A DNA stretch of 64,000 nucleotides from Cenarchaeum sp. GTDB lineage: Archaea > Thermoproteota > Nitrososphaeria > Nitrososphaerales > Nitrosopumilaceae. Under the pieces are notes generated by a model. It had not been told where the DNA came from. It saw nothing but the letters and a program-made list of their open reading frames with translations, and made no database searches. The translations under genes were made by a program, and so were the position numbers. The stretch spans positions 1,912,241 through 1,976,240 of the forward strand of contig OY843768.1 of NCBI GenBank assembly GCA_963693095.2, given 5' to 3'. Shown here in pieces: positions 31,043-40,908 of the stretch; the stretch's first letter is position 1, and each line of letters starts with the position of its first letter.

Positions 31043-31088
31043 AGCATACGCTAAAACCTCCCTATTAAATTGTTTATTGGATAGTCTA

Positions 31089-32193
31089 TACTCACGAGCT
31101 AAAGTTCGTGTGACCTTCCACGACCTTCCTGTTCAGGTATGCGTAGATGTTCAGGTTGAACCGCTTGGTCCTGAGGTACTCGCCGACCGCGATCCTCAGC
31201 TCGTCCAGGGTTCGTGGTTGCCCCGGGACCCTGACGTCCCTCTTGAGTATGCGCCACGTCCCCTCGATGGCGCTTAGCTGCGGGGATCCCACCGGCAGCT
31301 CGATGAGCTTGATCTCGCCGTTGGCGCGCAGCAGGTCCTTGACCGCCCCCGCGCGGTGCTGGGGAGCCCTGTCGACGATGACGGCGATCTTGCCGAACTT
31401 CCCGTGCAGCTCCGCAAGGTACTGCGCGAACGTGTCCGCGTTGAACTTGTCGCGCGTCCGGAACGCCTGCCGCCCGTCCTCGGCGATCGCCCCGTACACG
31501 ACGATCCGCTCGTGGCTCCCGGTGTACGGCTCGTAGACGGGCACCGTGCGCGGCGTCCAGTGCGTCGCCATGCCCCCGGCGTCGTTCACGATGATCGACT
31601 CGTCCTGCACCAGCATCGTGTATCCCGCGCGCGCCAGGCGTGGCGCCGCCCCCGCAAGGCGCCGCTGCCAGCTGCGGACGGCGGACGCGCTCGCCCTGTT
31701 GACGTGGGCCTTTCGCGGCCTCTTGCGCGAGAGGCCGAACTCGCGCATGAGCCTCCTCACGCTGGCTATGTGGAACAGTGTCCCCGCCGCCCCGGCGATC
31801 CTGTCGCGGACCGCGGCCGGGGTCGTGGGGGATCCCGACGCGTCGGCGAGGATCCCGTCGAGCGCCGTTCGCGGCACGGCCAGCGGCCTCCCGGAGCGCG
31901 GGAGGTCGCGGAGGGCGGGAAGCCCGCCCTCCCGGTACCGCGCAACCCACTTGCCGACCCACCCCGGGCACCGCATCAGCGTGTCCGCCGTGTCCTCGTG
32001 CGTCATGCCCATGTTGACCACGCAGTGCACGGCGAGCATCCTGTCCCTCACGTGCCCGCTCTTCTCGCTGTGGTGCGCGTCCCTCAGCTCCTCCCGCTTC
32101 CGGTCGTCCATGCCCTGGCGCGGGAGGGGGCGATCAATATAGCTGCGGGGTCGGGGAAACTTGATCATCTATACGAACTTTAGCTCGTGAGTA
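31089..32193 (-). mobile_element. IS630-family insertion sequence, copy 1 (1105 bp)
   Basis: TIR TACTCACGAGCTAAAGTTCGT / ACGAACTTTAGCTCGTGAGTA, TA on both sides. Confidence 0.95.
31092..32168 (-). CDS. IS630-family transposase
   Basis: HTH, RSGRP, QDES, VDRAPQH, SPQLSAIEGTW. Confidence 0.95.
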   Translation of the reverse strand: MIKFPRPRSYIDRPLPRQGMDDRKREELRDAHHSEKSGHVRDRMLAVHCVVNMGMTHEDTADTLMRCPGWVGKWVARYREGGLPALRDLPRSGRPLAVPRTALDGILADASGSPTTPAAVRDRIAGAAGTLFHIASVRRLMREFGLSRKRPRKAHVNRASASAVRSWQRRLAGAAPRLARAGYTMLVQDESIIVNDAGGMATHWTPRTVPVYEPYTGSHERIVVYGAIAEDGRQAFRTRDKFNADTFAQYLAELHGKFGKIAVIVDRAPQHRAGAVKDLLRANGEIKLIELPVGSPQLSAIEGTWRILKRDVRVPGQPRTLDELRIAVGEYLRTKRFNLNIYAYLNRKVVEGHTNFSS

Positions 32194-32948
32194 TATGTTA
32201 TGTGCTCTGCATCAAGACCAATCTTGTCGTTTTTTTCAAAAACATCCTTGTATTCATTCCCTGCAGCAGAAAACAGCTCCCTGATCCTCTTGAATACTTT
32301 GTCTGGCTTTTCGCCGGTGACTGCTCTAAAACAAAGCATTTCATCGGGTTCTGTATATTTCTCGTCATACAATTTACATAATATCAGGTTAATCATCCCC
32401 TTTGCTAGCTCCTCATCACGCGTCGTTCCGATCATGCTGCCTGCAAGACGATGCCTGATCTCCTTGAACACGTCTTTTAAATTATGGGGTATTGTTAGAT
32501 CCTTTCGTCGATACATTCCAATCTCTTCTATCTGTTCACCAAATTTGGGCATGTCTGGAATGTCATAATATTCTGTTTTTCCAGATTTGATATATTTTCT
32601 GATCGTGACCAACTCTTCACCATTAAACCAAACTCCAATTTCTGCTTCTGAAAATTTAAGATAACTCTTAAGCTGGGTTTTGCCTGACGTTATGTTGGAA
32701 GCCTTACATTCTACTATTATTTTCAGCTGTTCATTCTTTTTTTCAGCTGATTCAAACACTGCAATATCCACAGGATAGCCTCTTTTGTCTGATGGACTCT
32801 CTTTGACTCTGTATTGTGGACTTGTAACTATGTGTTCTTTTGGATATTTGTATTCTCTGATCAGCTTTTCTACAAACTTCTGGATTGCTAGCTCTTCTGT
32901 GGTTATGGCGTGTTTTGCACGTGTGCCGCCTTGGCTTTCTATGCCCAT
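32194..32948 (-). pseudogene. HsdR_N-type nuclease / N6-methyltransferase (type I/IIG RM) 5' fragment truncated by IS630
   Basis: PVDIAVF, IIVECK, QLKSYL, VWFNG, LILCKLYDE; ends at IS, no methyltransferase motifs remain. Confidence 0.85.
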
Positions 32949-33589
32949 TTCGTTGTGGTATACTTGTGCATATAATGATCTATAGCACGTGACTTGACAT
33001 TATTTGACCATCTAAACAAAATCTTCACTACGTGGGGAATCCTGTGGAATCAGGCTTGGGTTCTGTGCGCACGGCGGCCAGGGCAGCTAATATTGAACCT
33101 TGCAGCACTATGGCCGTCGTGCGTGGGGCTTGAGATGCGGGATTGGCGCTATCCGCCATGCCCCAGCCCCCTGCGCCACCACGTGACCACCTGCGGGGAA
33201 CAGGGAAAGCGTGGGCTCGGAGGCGGTCTCTGCCACCGTGAAGGGCACGCCGCTGGCCGACTCTGCGGGCTTTGGCACTCACACCCACGTGCGGTGGCCT
33301 GACGTGCGCGGCGACGGGACGCCGCGGCGGGACATTCTGAGGCTGCACGCCAGGACGAGCCGGTCCAGGAAAACACACGTGAAACATGCCTCACAACCCA
33401 AAAACCCTCGCGACCTTGCCCCCGAGGGAGCATCCTGGAAATTCTGGGCTGCGCTGCCGCCGCTGTCACAATACTAGCCGGCATTCTCTGTATCTCTGCC
33501 TTTTTGGCTGATCACTAGATCTGAGCAAAAACGGTGGTTTGTGAGACATTGACTATTTTGGATCAGTTGTGTCATGGAGTTTTGAAAAT

Positions 33590-34261
33590 TTAACTAGCAG
33601 TTCTAGGTTTGTTGTTTTTTATTTTCTTCAATTTTTCCTCAAGGCTTTGGGTACGCTGTTCATGTTTTTTAGGTTCTACAAAACAGTAATTGAACAGCGT
33701 TTCTAATATTTCTAGCGTCCATTCTGCCTCATCCCTGTCGACCTTTACAATCAATCCTGTTTGCTTGTCATGTTCCGGATGCGTTGCCAAATTTCCAATC
33801 TTTCTGACCTTGTCTAGGTCATTTAGTATGTATTTTGGGAGGTTCTCGCCGTCGATCAATTCTTGAATTTCGTCATAAAGGCTGTCTTTCTCAATTTTAA
33901 AATGTCCGCGTATTGTCTCCTGCAAACATCGCCTTGCTAGCGCTGCACTTGCAGAAGGGCTGTCTTCTAGAACATTCCCTGCCTCTTCGTAGATTGAATT
34001 AATGGTTGAGGGGACATGCTCGATTTTTTTTCTTGACGATCTACGTGGAATTATAAACGTGCCAGAATGCCTATTTCCATTTTCTTGTTTTATTAACTCC
34101 ATGATGAGGCGTAGGCAATTGGGATTCTGGCAATAGCCATGGGTTATATAATAATTTATGCGGGTTCCTCCCTGCTTCTCGTTTATTTGGGCGGGTTTTA
34201 GTGTGTCAAATTCGACTGCAGAGCTCGTTAAACAGTGTGGGCATTGTATGGGGGTTGCCAT
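33590..34261 (-). CDS. Zn-finger + DUF4145 protein; paralogue of 27397..28068
   Basis: CPHC...CQNPNC; SPSASAALARRCLQ; VRKIGNLATH. Confidence 0.88.
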   Translation of the reverse strand: MATPIQCPHCLTSSAVEFDTLKPAQINEKQGGTRINYYITHGYCQNPNCLRLIMELIKQENGNRHSGTFIIPRRSSRKKIEHVPSTINSIYEEAGNVLEDSPSASAALARRCLQETIRGHFKIEKDSLYDEIQELIDGENLPKYILNDLDKVRKIGNLATHPEHDKQTGLIVKVDRDEAEWTLEILETLFNYCFVEPKKHEQRTQSLEEKLKKIKNNKPRTAS

Positions 34262-34349
34262 CACGCCATGCGGAACCTGGCCATTATTTATCTCTATCAA
34301 TGCCGGTGCGCATACTCTAGATCCGACATGACGTGGGATTTCTGACTCG

Positions 34350-36035
34350 CTAGTCGCCAAAATACTTGCGAATGTTTTGGACTGTCTTGTAAAAGTCTGA
34401 ATCCTTAAACTTTGCAGTGTTAAACTTTGGATCAATGTTTTCCCCTCCCCTGATGCTATCCTTTAGTTCTTTTGTTGGGGTATCAAAATATTCTGCCCAA
34501 TACGTCGGCCCGTTAGACCAAAAACACACACAGTTGGGGCCATCGGCATAATCGCTTGTGTCGGCATTTAGAGGCTCCAAGAATTCATCACTCATGCCAA
34601 TTTTCTTGGCAAGTCTTTTATTGCTCGCGTCTGCGTCTTTTCGCTTGTCAGCCGCACTTTTAAGTTGCTTTTTGACTGGCTCGTCGTCTGTCTTGTTCAG
34701 ATCCCCGTCCCATATGACAAACTGCCTGATCCCAAGTGACTTGAGAACGTCATAAAAGCGCACCATGCTCTCCTTTCCCCCACAGTCGACGACGACGACC
34801 TCTTTGCTGACTAGCGCGTCCATGATCGGCTGTTCTTCGTGGTCGGTCTTGCGAAGCATCGCGTTGATGATCGTCTCATCGTCGTGCCCCTCCACCAATA
34901 TTGCCCCGCTTGCAAACACTGCCTCCTCCATGGCCTTTATCATCTTGCCCCAGATTGGCTTGCCTTTAGGACTCTTCCACCCATGTACGCAAACACCCCT
35001 GCCGACGTTTATCACCTTGCGTATGTCCATTGGACCCTTTAATGTGATCATCATCGGAGAGTGCGTTGTGTACACGACCTGGTGCAATGAGTCTGACAGG
35101 TTTTGCAGCGCCTGCAGCAGGAGCCTCTGCCTTTGAGGATGCTGGTGCAGCTCTGGCTCGTCAATGATGATGAGCGTTAACATCTTGTCACCCCCCGTGT
35201 CCTTTGGGGTCTTTGCCCCGGCCCCTGGCGCCTTTTTGTCCCTGTCCTTCTCTGCCTTTTTTGCCACCTCGCCACCGACCTCTAATGCGGCCATGTAGAA
35301 CGCGCGTTTTGTCCCATGACCCATGTATTTGTGGTCTATACTATTTCCACTAATGCAGTCTATTATGCTTAAATCGGTCTTTAAGGTGACGCCAAGATCC
35401 TTGAACTTTAGATCGACTTCTACGTTTGGCGCATACCCGCTCCCCTTCTCTCCGCGCAGTTTTCTGTCTAGTGCTGCTTTTACCCCTAATAGGTCAGAAT
35501 CGAACAGTTTTTGAATGTCCACCTGCATTTTCTTTGCCTTGCTGTCCTTCTCTGCGATGCGCCTAATGGTGTCATTGATTATCTGTTCTAGGGGCGAGTT
35601 CTTTTTGTCCTCGCCGTCGTCATCTGTCTCGTGCTCTGCTGGAACATATATCACATTTACATATTTTTGCAGAAACTTTTTGCAGTCCATGCCCGCACTG
35701 CTTTTACACGTGTATTTTGGAGTTGTAACTGTTGTCCTGCGCTCTCCCTCGTGATCCGGCTCTGACCTTTTGCATTCCCACTCACAGCTCACCTCGAGCT
35801 CATCCTCCCCGCCAACGCCCTCAAGCGTGACGGTTATGGTGATTGGCTTTTCCTTGTCGTTAAAGTCCTCAGGCTTCATCCTGCCTGCCTTGTCGCTGAA
35901 GAGCCTCTCGAGTGCGAGCAGGAACGTCGTCTTGCCGGCGTTGTTTGCCCCTATCAGCGCGGTCATCTCGCCCAGGCTAATCTTTGTGTGGACTATGGCG
36001 CGGAAGTTCTGTACCCTGATCTTTGATATCTTCAT
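34350..36035 (-). CDS. OLD-family ATP-dependent endonuclease; paralogue of 18427..20115
   Basis: GANNAGKTT, DEPELHQHP, TTHSP, LVEGHDD, IWDGD; shared YVPAEHETDDDGEDKKN. Confidence 0.92.
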   Translation of the reverse strand: MKISKIRVQNFRAIVHTKISLGEMTALIGANNAGKTTFLLALERLFSDKAGRMKPEDFNDKEKPITITVTLEGVGGEDELEVSCEWECKRSEPDHEGERRTTVTTPKYTCKSSAGMDCKKFLQKYVNVIYVPAEHETDDDGEDKKNSPLEQIINDTIRRIAEKDSKAKKMQVDIQKLFDSDLLGVKAALDRKLRGEKGSGYAPNVEVDLKFKDLGVTLKTDLSIIDCISGNSIDHKYMGHGTKRAFYMAALEVGGEVAKKAEKDRDKKAPGAGAKTPKDTGGDKMLTLIIIDEPELHQHPQRQRLLLQALQNLSDSLHQVVYTTHSPMMITLKGPMDIRKVINVGRGVCVHGWKSPKGKPIWGKMIKAMEEAVFASGAILVEGHDDETIINAMLRKTDHEEQPIMDALVSKEVVVVDCGGKESMVRFYDVLKSLGIRQFVIWDGDLNKTDDEPVKKQLKSAADKRKDADASNKRLAKKIGMSDEFLEPLNADTSDYADGPNCVCFWSNGPTYWAEYFDTPTKELKDSIRGGENIDPKFNTAKFKDSDFYKTVQNIRKYFGD

Positions 36036-36480
36036 GATGCGTCCCTGACACGTGCGCGATATATATCTCGATCGCGGATTCTATTGAGAACGGCGCCACG
36101 GCCGACTCGTTAGTCAGGCGGCCGCCACGTGAGCAGATCGGCAGGCCTTCCTACCCGCATCCCCCACTTTTGCAGCGAATCCGGATCTCTTGTCCACAAT
36201 GCTTATCAGTTGCGGCCTGTGTGTCTAGGCCTATGATACGCTATGAGCCTACCCCGCAACAGGTTTTGCCCATAGCACTGGCCTTTCTCCATGACCATTA
36301 TGACGCGCTGCTCTGTTCGGGCACGTCACTTGCCATGTTTCATGACGGGACAGTCGCCCATACGAGGTCCCGTCAGGGATCATCAGGCTATGGCAGGGGA
36401 TTCTATGACAGTATGCGGCCCGGAGACGAGGAGGTTTTAGAGACACGCGTGCCACAGCCGCAGAGCCCAGGGACGACCTA

Positions 36481-37585
36481 TACTCACGAGCTAAAGTTCG
36501 TGTGACCTTCCACGACCTTCCTGTTCAGGTATGCGTAGATGTTCAGGTTGAACCGCTTGGTCCTGAGGTACTCGCCGACCGCGATCCTCAGCTCGTCCAG
36601 GGTTCGTGGTTGCCCCGGGACCCTGACGTCCCTCTTGAGTATGCGCCACGTCCCCTCGATGGCGCTTAGCTGCGGGGATCCCACCGGCAGCTCGATGAGC
36701 TTGATCTCGCCGTTGGCGCGCAGCAGGTCCTTGACCGCCCCCGCGCGGTGCTGGGGAGCCCTGTCGACGATGACGGCGATCTTGCCGAACTTCCCGTGCA
36801 GCTCCGCAAGGTACTGCGCGAACGTGTCCGCGTTGAACTTGTCGCGCGTCCGGAACGCCTGCCGCCCGTCCTCGGCGATCGCCCCGTACACGACGATCCG
36901 CTCGTGGCTCCCGGTGTACGGCTCGTAGACGGGCACCGTGCGCGGCGTCCAGTGCGTCGCCATGCCCCCGGCGTCGTTCACGATGATCGACTCGTCCTGC
37001 ACCAGCATCGTGTATCCCGCGCGCGCCAGGCGTGGCGCCGCCCCCGCAAGGCGCCGCTGCCAGCTGCGGACGGCGGACGCGCTCGCCCTGTTGACGTGGG
37101 CCTTTCGCGGCCTCTTGCGCGAGAGGCCGAACTCGCGCATGAGCCTCCTCACGCTGGCTATGTGGAACAGTGTCCCCGCCGCCCCGGCGATCCTGTCGCG
37201 GACCGCGGCCGGGGTCGTGGGGGATCCCGACGCGTCGGCGAGGATCCCGTCGAGCGCCGTTCGCGGCACGGCCAGCGGCCTCCCGGAGCGCGGGAGGTCG
37301 CGGAGGGCTGGAAGCCCGCCCTCCCGGTACCGCGCGACCCACTTGCCGACCCACCCCGGGCACCGCATCAGCGTGTCCGCCGTGTCCTCGTGCGTCATGC
37401 CCATGTTGACCACGCAGTGCACGGCGAGAATCCTGTCCCTCACGTGCCCGCTCTTCTCGCTGTGGTGCGCGTCCCTCAGCTCCTCCCGCTTCCGGTCGTC
37501 CATGCCCTGGCGCGGGAGGGGGCGATCAATATAGCTGCGGGGTCGGGGAAACTTGATCATCTATACGAACTTTAGCTCGTGAGTA
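36481..37585 (-). mobile_element. IS630-family insertion sequence, copy 2 (1105 bp)
   Basis: Same TIRs, TA duplication; only a few SNPs vs copy 1. Confidence 0.95.
36484..37560 (-). CDS. IS630-family transposase
   Basis: One aa difference from 31092..32168. Confidence 0.95.
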   Translation of the reverse strand: MIKFPRPRSYIDRPLPRQGMDDRKREELRDAHHSEKSGHVRDRILAVHCVVNMGMTHEDTADTLMRCPGWVGKWVARYREGGLPALRDLPRSGRPLAVPRTALDGILADASGSPTTPAAVRDRIAGAAGTLFHIASVRRLMREFGLSRKRPRKAHVNRASASAVRSWQRRLAGAAPRLARAGYTMLVQDESIIVNDAGGMATHWTPRTVPVYEPYTGSHERIVVYGAIAEDGRQAFRTRDKFNADTFAQYLAELHGKFGKIAVIVDRAPQHRAGAVKDLLRANGEIKLIELPVGSPQLSAIEGTWRILKRDVRVPGQPRTLDELRIAVGEYLRTKRFNLNIYAYLNRKVVEGHTNFSS

Positions 37586-38468
37586 TACCTGCTGGACTCT
37601 ATAATCACGAGACATCTGCCGTATGGCCTGCCCGTCATCAATCGCAAGAGTATAGCCCCGTTTACCGTGTCATTTTTGCCCTGCGATGTGCCGACGCGTG
37701 GCGCCTCAACTGGTGCCAATTCTGTGGATGTGCCTGAACTGCTTCCTGGCTCTCTCACCATTTTTCGAAACGAGATTGGCCGATACGATCCCGTGGGATT
37801 TGTGGATGATGTCGTGGAGACGATTTGGGATCACGAGAATGAATTTTGCCTAAAGGCGCTCTCTGGGCTGCCCCGGCATGGGGATACACTGGAGTGCCGA
37901 GACGATGTGGGACTGGGTGATCTCCTAGAGCGCGTCCGTATCATGGCCAATCCAGACCCCGACTCGCCTGTCCAGCTTGACACCGTGTTTATGCCACGTG
38001 AACTGTTTTCAAGGTCTGCGCCCGATGGCCATTACATGAACGCCATGAAAGCGCAGCCTAGAGCGCCTGGCGGCCTGTCCATGTCTGGCCTGGGACACAG
38101 GCTGATACCCGAGAACACGCTCTATGTCATATCGTCTGCGCGTGGCCCGACATTCATCAACGGCCCGACTACGATAGCTTGCACAGAGTCTAAATTGGTC
38201 GTGTGGCGCTACTCTAGTGTTGTGTCCCCTCCCTGTGGTGACCCTGCAGTGCCGCTTGGATTTAGGATTGACGTAAAGAGTGTGTCCTAGGCCTGTGGTC
38301 TGCCGGGTTGGCGTGTGTGGTTGAGTAGGTGTTGCCTGGGTCTAGATCGGCAGGATTGTGTGACTATGGTTAAACGGGTGGGAGGGGTGCCTGTTCTTGG
38401 ATCATCTGCAGATCTGTAATTATGGACATCTTGTCATGCGTTTAAATATTCCACGAGTTGCAGCCTGC

Positions 38469-39260
38469 ATGATGAAAGAGTTTCGGCTAGCCGCCCTCGA
38501 GACGCTAGCAAAAATCGTGGCCGACGTATACTATACGTCAGAAATTACAGATCTCTTTAGAAAAGCGGGCTTTGACAAGATTAAGTATGACTACAGCGGG
38601 AAACAGGAATTTTTGTACGCGGCTTTTGAAGACATACAAAAACAGTTTGGATCTGAGAGCATTATCACAGTTTTAAAAGCTGTGTGCAACCCAGAATCAT
38701 ATCTTGACAGGGAAGACCTTCTTGCTCGTGTTCGAAACGATGTTAATAAAGTTTTGATACGTTATTCTATTGGAATAGATGAAAACGGAGAGGTTAGACC
38801 CCGAACAAACTGGAAACATCTACAGTCTTTACCAAAGCAAAATGAGACGTTATTTCAACAAAGAAAACTTCATCCTGATGTTGTTCAACATTCCAAAAAA
38901 GATTTTATTCGTGGCGAATACAGCTCTGCCGTGTTTGAATGCTGCAAGGCCTTTGAGACCTTTGTGCGAGAGAGATCAGGCATACAGGAAAAGACAGGTG
39001 CAGATCTAATGCTTGCGGCATTTTCAGAAAAAAACCCTGTACTCAAAATAAGTATGAGTTCGGTTTCTCAACAAACCCGAACAAATATGCAAAGGGGCCT
39101 GATGCAGTTATGTGCGGGTTTGATGTCTGGAATACGAAATTCAGTAGGACATGAAACCAAAGCCAATCTGCCGATGGAAATGGGTGAAGCACTTGACATT
39201 TTGACCCTCATCAGCTATCTTGTGCGACAAGTTTACCAGTGCAATTCAACACGTCTGTAG
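38469..39260 (+). CDS. TIGR02391/Ymh-type HEPN protein with N-terminal AbiJ-like domain
   Basis: LHPDVV...YSSAVFECCKAFE..VR..SG...GADLM..AFS...GIRNSVGHE; TTTAAATA upstream. Confidence 0.85.
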   Translation: MMKEFRLAALETLAKIVADVYYTSEITDLFRKAGFDKIKYDYSGKQEFLYAAFEDIQKQFGSESIITVLKAVCNPESYLDREDLLARVRNDVNKVLIRYSIGIDENGEVRPRTNWKHLQSLPKQNETLFQQRKLHPDVVQHSKKDFIRGEYSSAVFECCKAFETFVRERSGIQEKTGADLMLAAFSEKNPVLKISMSSVSQQTRTNMQRGLMQLCAGLMSGIRNSVGHETKANLPMEMGEALDILTLISYLVRQVYQCNSTRL

Positions 39261-39456
39261 CGTTTTTTCCAATGGGTCTCTGCTAGAACGCGCATCAGAC
39301 ACGGGGATATGCGCATGGCCGTGCCATCACTATCCGTAGCCTGACCGATAGCCTTGTGCCGCACCCTCCCGCACTGCCGACATGTTGCTAGCAGGATGTT
39401 AGTGGGCGTCTCACTATCGTTTTGGCATGATGGCGCATTGAGTTATATAGAGATCT

Positions 39457-40893
39457 GTGTCTTGGGTCGCGTTGAATGGCGATGTGCGTGATGAGGACTG
39501 TGATATGAGAAACGAGATGCCAGCCGATGAGCTATTGGCAGACTATGAATCCCTTGGCCTGCACGGTAACGACAAACAAATTTTTAAGGCATTGCGCCTC
39601 GTGTGTGCCCCATACATAGAAGAGTATAATCACAATCTGTCAGAAACAGACACAAAGCTCGGGTTTGAGCTGCGAAAGATCGACTTTGACATTTCGCCAA
39701 CCCCGGCACTTCGTGAACGGATAGTGGACATGATTCGATTCGGACACGTCGATGAGGGACTGCTCCTGAGAATCTTGGTCCGTGTGTATGCCAACCATGG
39801 CCTCTATGACGAGCTCTTCCACGTGTGCGAGGATGTGCTGAATTTCAAAGGCGACGATCGGAACCGACTGCTCAGCGGCACACTAGTCGAGTCTGTCATT
39901 TACATGACTGTCTTTCGCCTTGCCACGATCGACTCACGTGATGCCCGCGATTATCTTGCGTCGAGATGCCTAAAGATGCTTGAAAGGCGTGCGAGCACGC
40001 TTTGCCTGAATGTTGAGATGTATACTAATGAATCTAACCCACTTCATAGAATCTCCATGATCGCATACGATGTTTTGTCTCGGCAGAAGTTCGAGCCTGC
40101 TTATGTATTGGCGCCATGGATACGGACAAATTATCCAAAATTATATAAATTTTTGAATTTAACCCGTAAAAATATTGCTTTAATGATAGGGAAAAAGTCT
40201 GATCTTCTTTATGATGCTTCAGCTGCACTGCGTTATGAAAAACACAGGCTTCCTGTCGACAAACCTTATTTCGGTGCACTGGGAGAACTCGAATCCATGC
40301 TAGAACTTGTTCCATTAGACACGCTAGAAATTTCCAACACTGAGCATTATGGGGAATGGAAGAAAGATCTGCGCCAAAAAAAACTATGCCAATCACTTTT
40401 TGAAATGCGTCTTTACTTGCATTTTCGAAACATCACAAATGCCATTGAGCTGGAGCCTCTTATTGATACACCTAAACACGCAGACCTCAAAGTGCACAAC
40501 CTCTACATCGAAGCCTATTCTCCACGCGTTACCCTGCCGACGACATATAACCCTGCGCTACGTGTAAATTTCTACGACGATCTGATCTGGAAAATACTAA
40601 ACAAGCCACAGATAAAATATTTTGGAACACGGCAATCTTTGTTGATTGTGGAAGACCCATTTAATTACGTTAATGATTCGACATTTCACCAAAAATTGAC
40701 AGAAGCAATACGACTACACCCACAGCTCGGCGGTGTGTTCATAGTTAGAGCTAACGGATTGTGCTATAGGAGCTCTTTTGTGAGAAACTTGAATGCGCAG
40801 TCCCCCATTCCATCATTTGTCGAATCACTGGTAGAACTTGCCCTAGAGTCGCCATATGCATCTCTTGTCACAGACGCAAATAGATCTAGCTGA
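39457..40893 (+). CDS. Helical N-terminus + PD-(D/E)xK-like nuclease
   Basis: LFEMRLYLHF...IELEP...KHADLKV...YIEAY; paralogue of 15750..17090. Confidence 0.7.
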   Translation: MSWVALNGDVRDEDCDMRNEMPADELLADYESLGLHGNDKQIFKALRLVCAPYIEEYNHNLSETDTKLGFELRKIDFDISPTPALRERIVDMIRFGHVDEGLLLRILVRVYANHGLYDELFHVCEDVLNFKGDDRNRLLSGTLVESVIYMTVFRLATIDSRDARDYLASRCLKMLERRASTLCLNVEMYTNESNPLHRISMIAYDVLSRQKFEPAYVLAPWIRTNYPKLYKFLNLTRKNIALMIGKKSDLLYDASAALRYEKHRLPVDKPYFGALGELESMLELVPLDTLEISNTEHYGEWKKDLRQKKLCQSLFEMRLYLHFRNITNAIELEPLIDTPKHADLKVHNLYIEAYSPRVTLPTTYNPALRVNFYDDLIWKILNKPQIKYFGTRQSLLIVEDPFNYVNDSTFHQKLTEAIRLHPQLGGVFIVRANGLCYRSSFVRNLNAQSPIPSFVESLVELALESPYASLVTDANRSS

Positions 40894-40908
40894 TCACACA
40901 TATGACAC

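Larger units (their letters stand above)
36233..38290 (+). pseudogene. Capsid-like gene (paralogue of 8353..9477) interrupted by IS630 copy 2
   Basis: Removing the IS and one TA gives an open 316-aa frame (…PGTTY-LLDSIITRH…FTVSFLPCDV…); DGTVAHTR vs DGKIAYSR, VQLDTVF, SSARGPTFINGP. Confidence 0.75.

Noticed and set aside
13439-36035. Gabija or retron-associated OLD systems
   Set aside because: No UvrD helicase or reverse transcriptase recognised
31099-37575. Alternate-frame ORFs in the IS630 copies
   Set aside because: Shadow ORFs of GC-rich transposase
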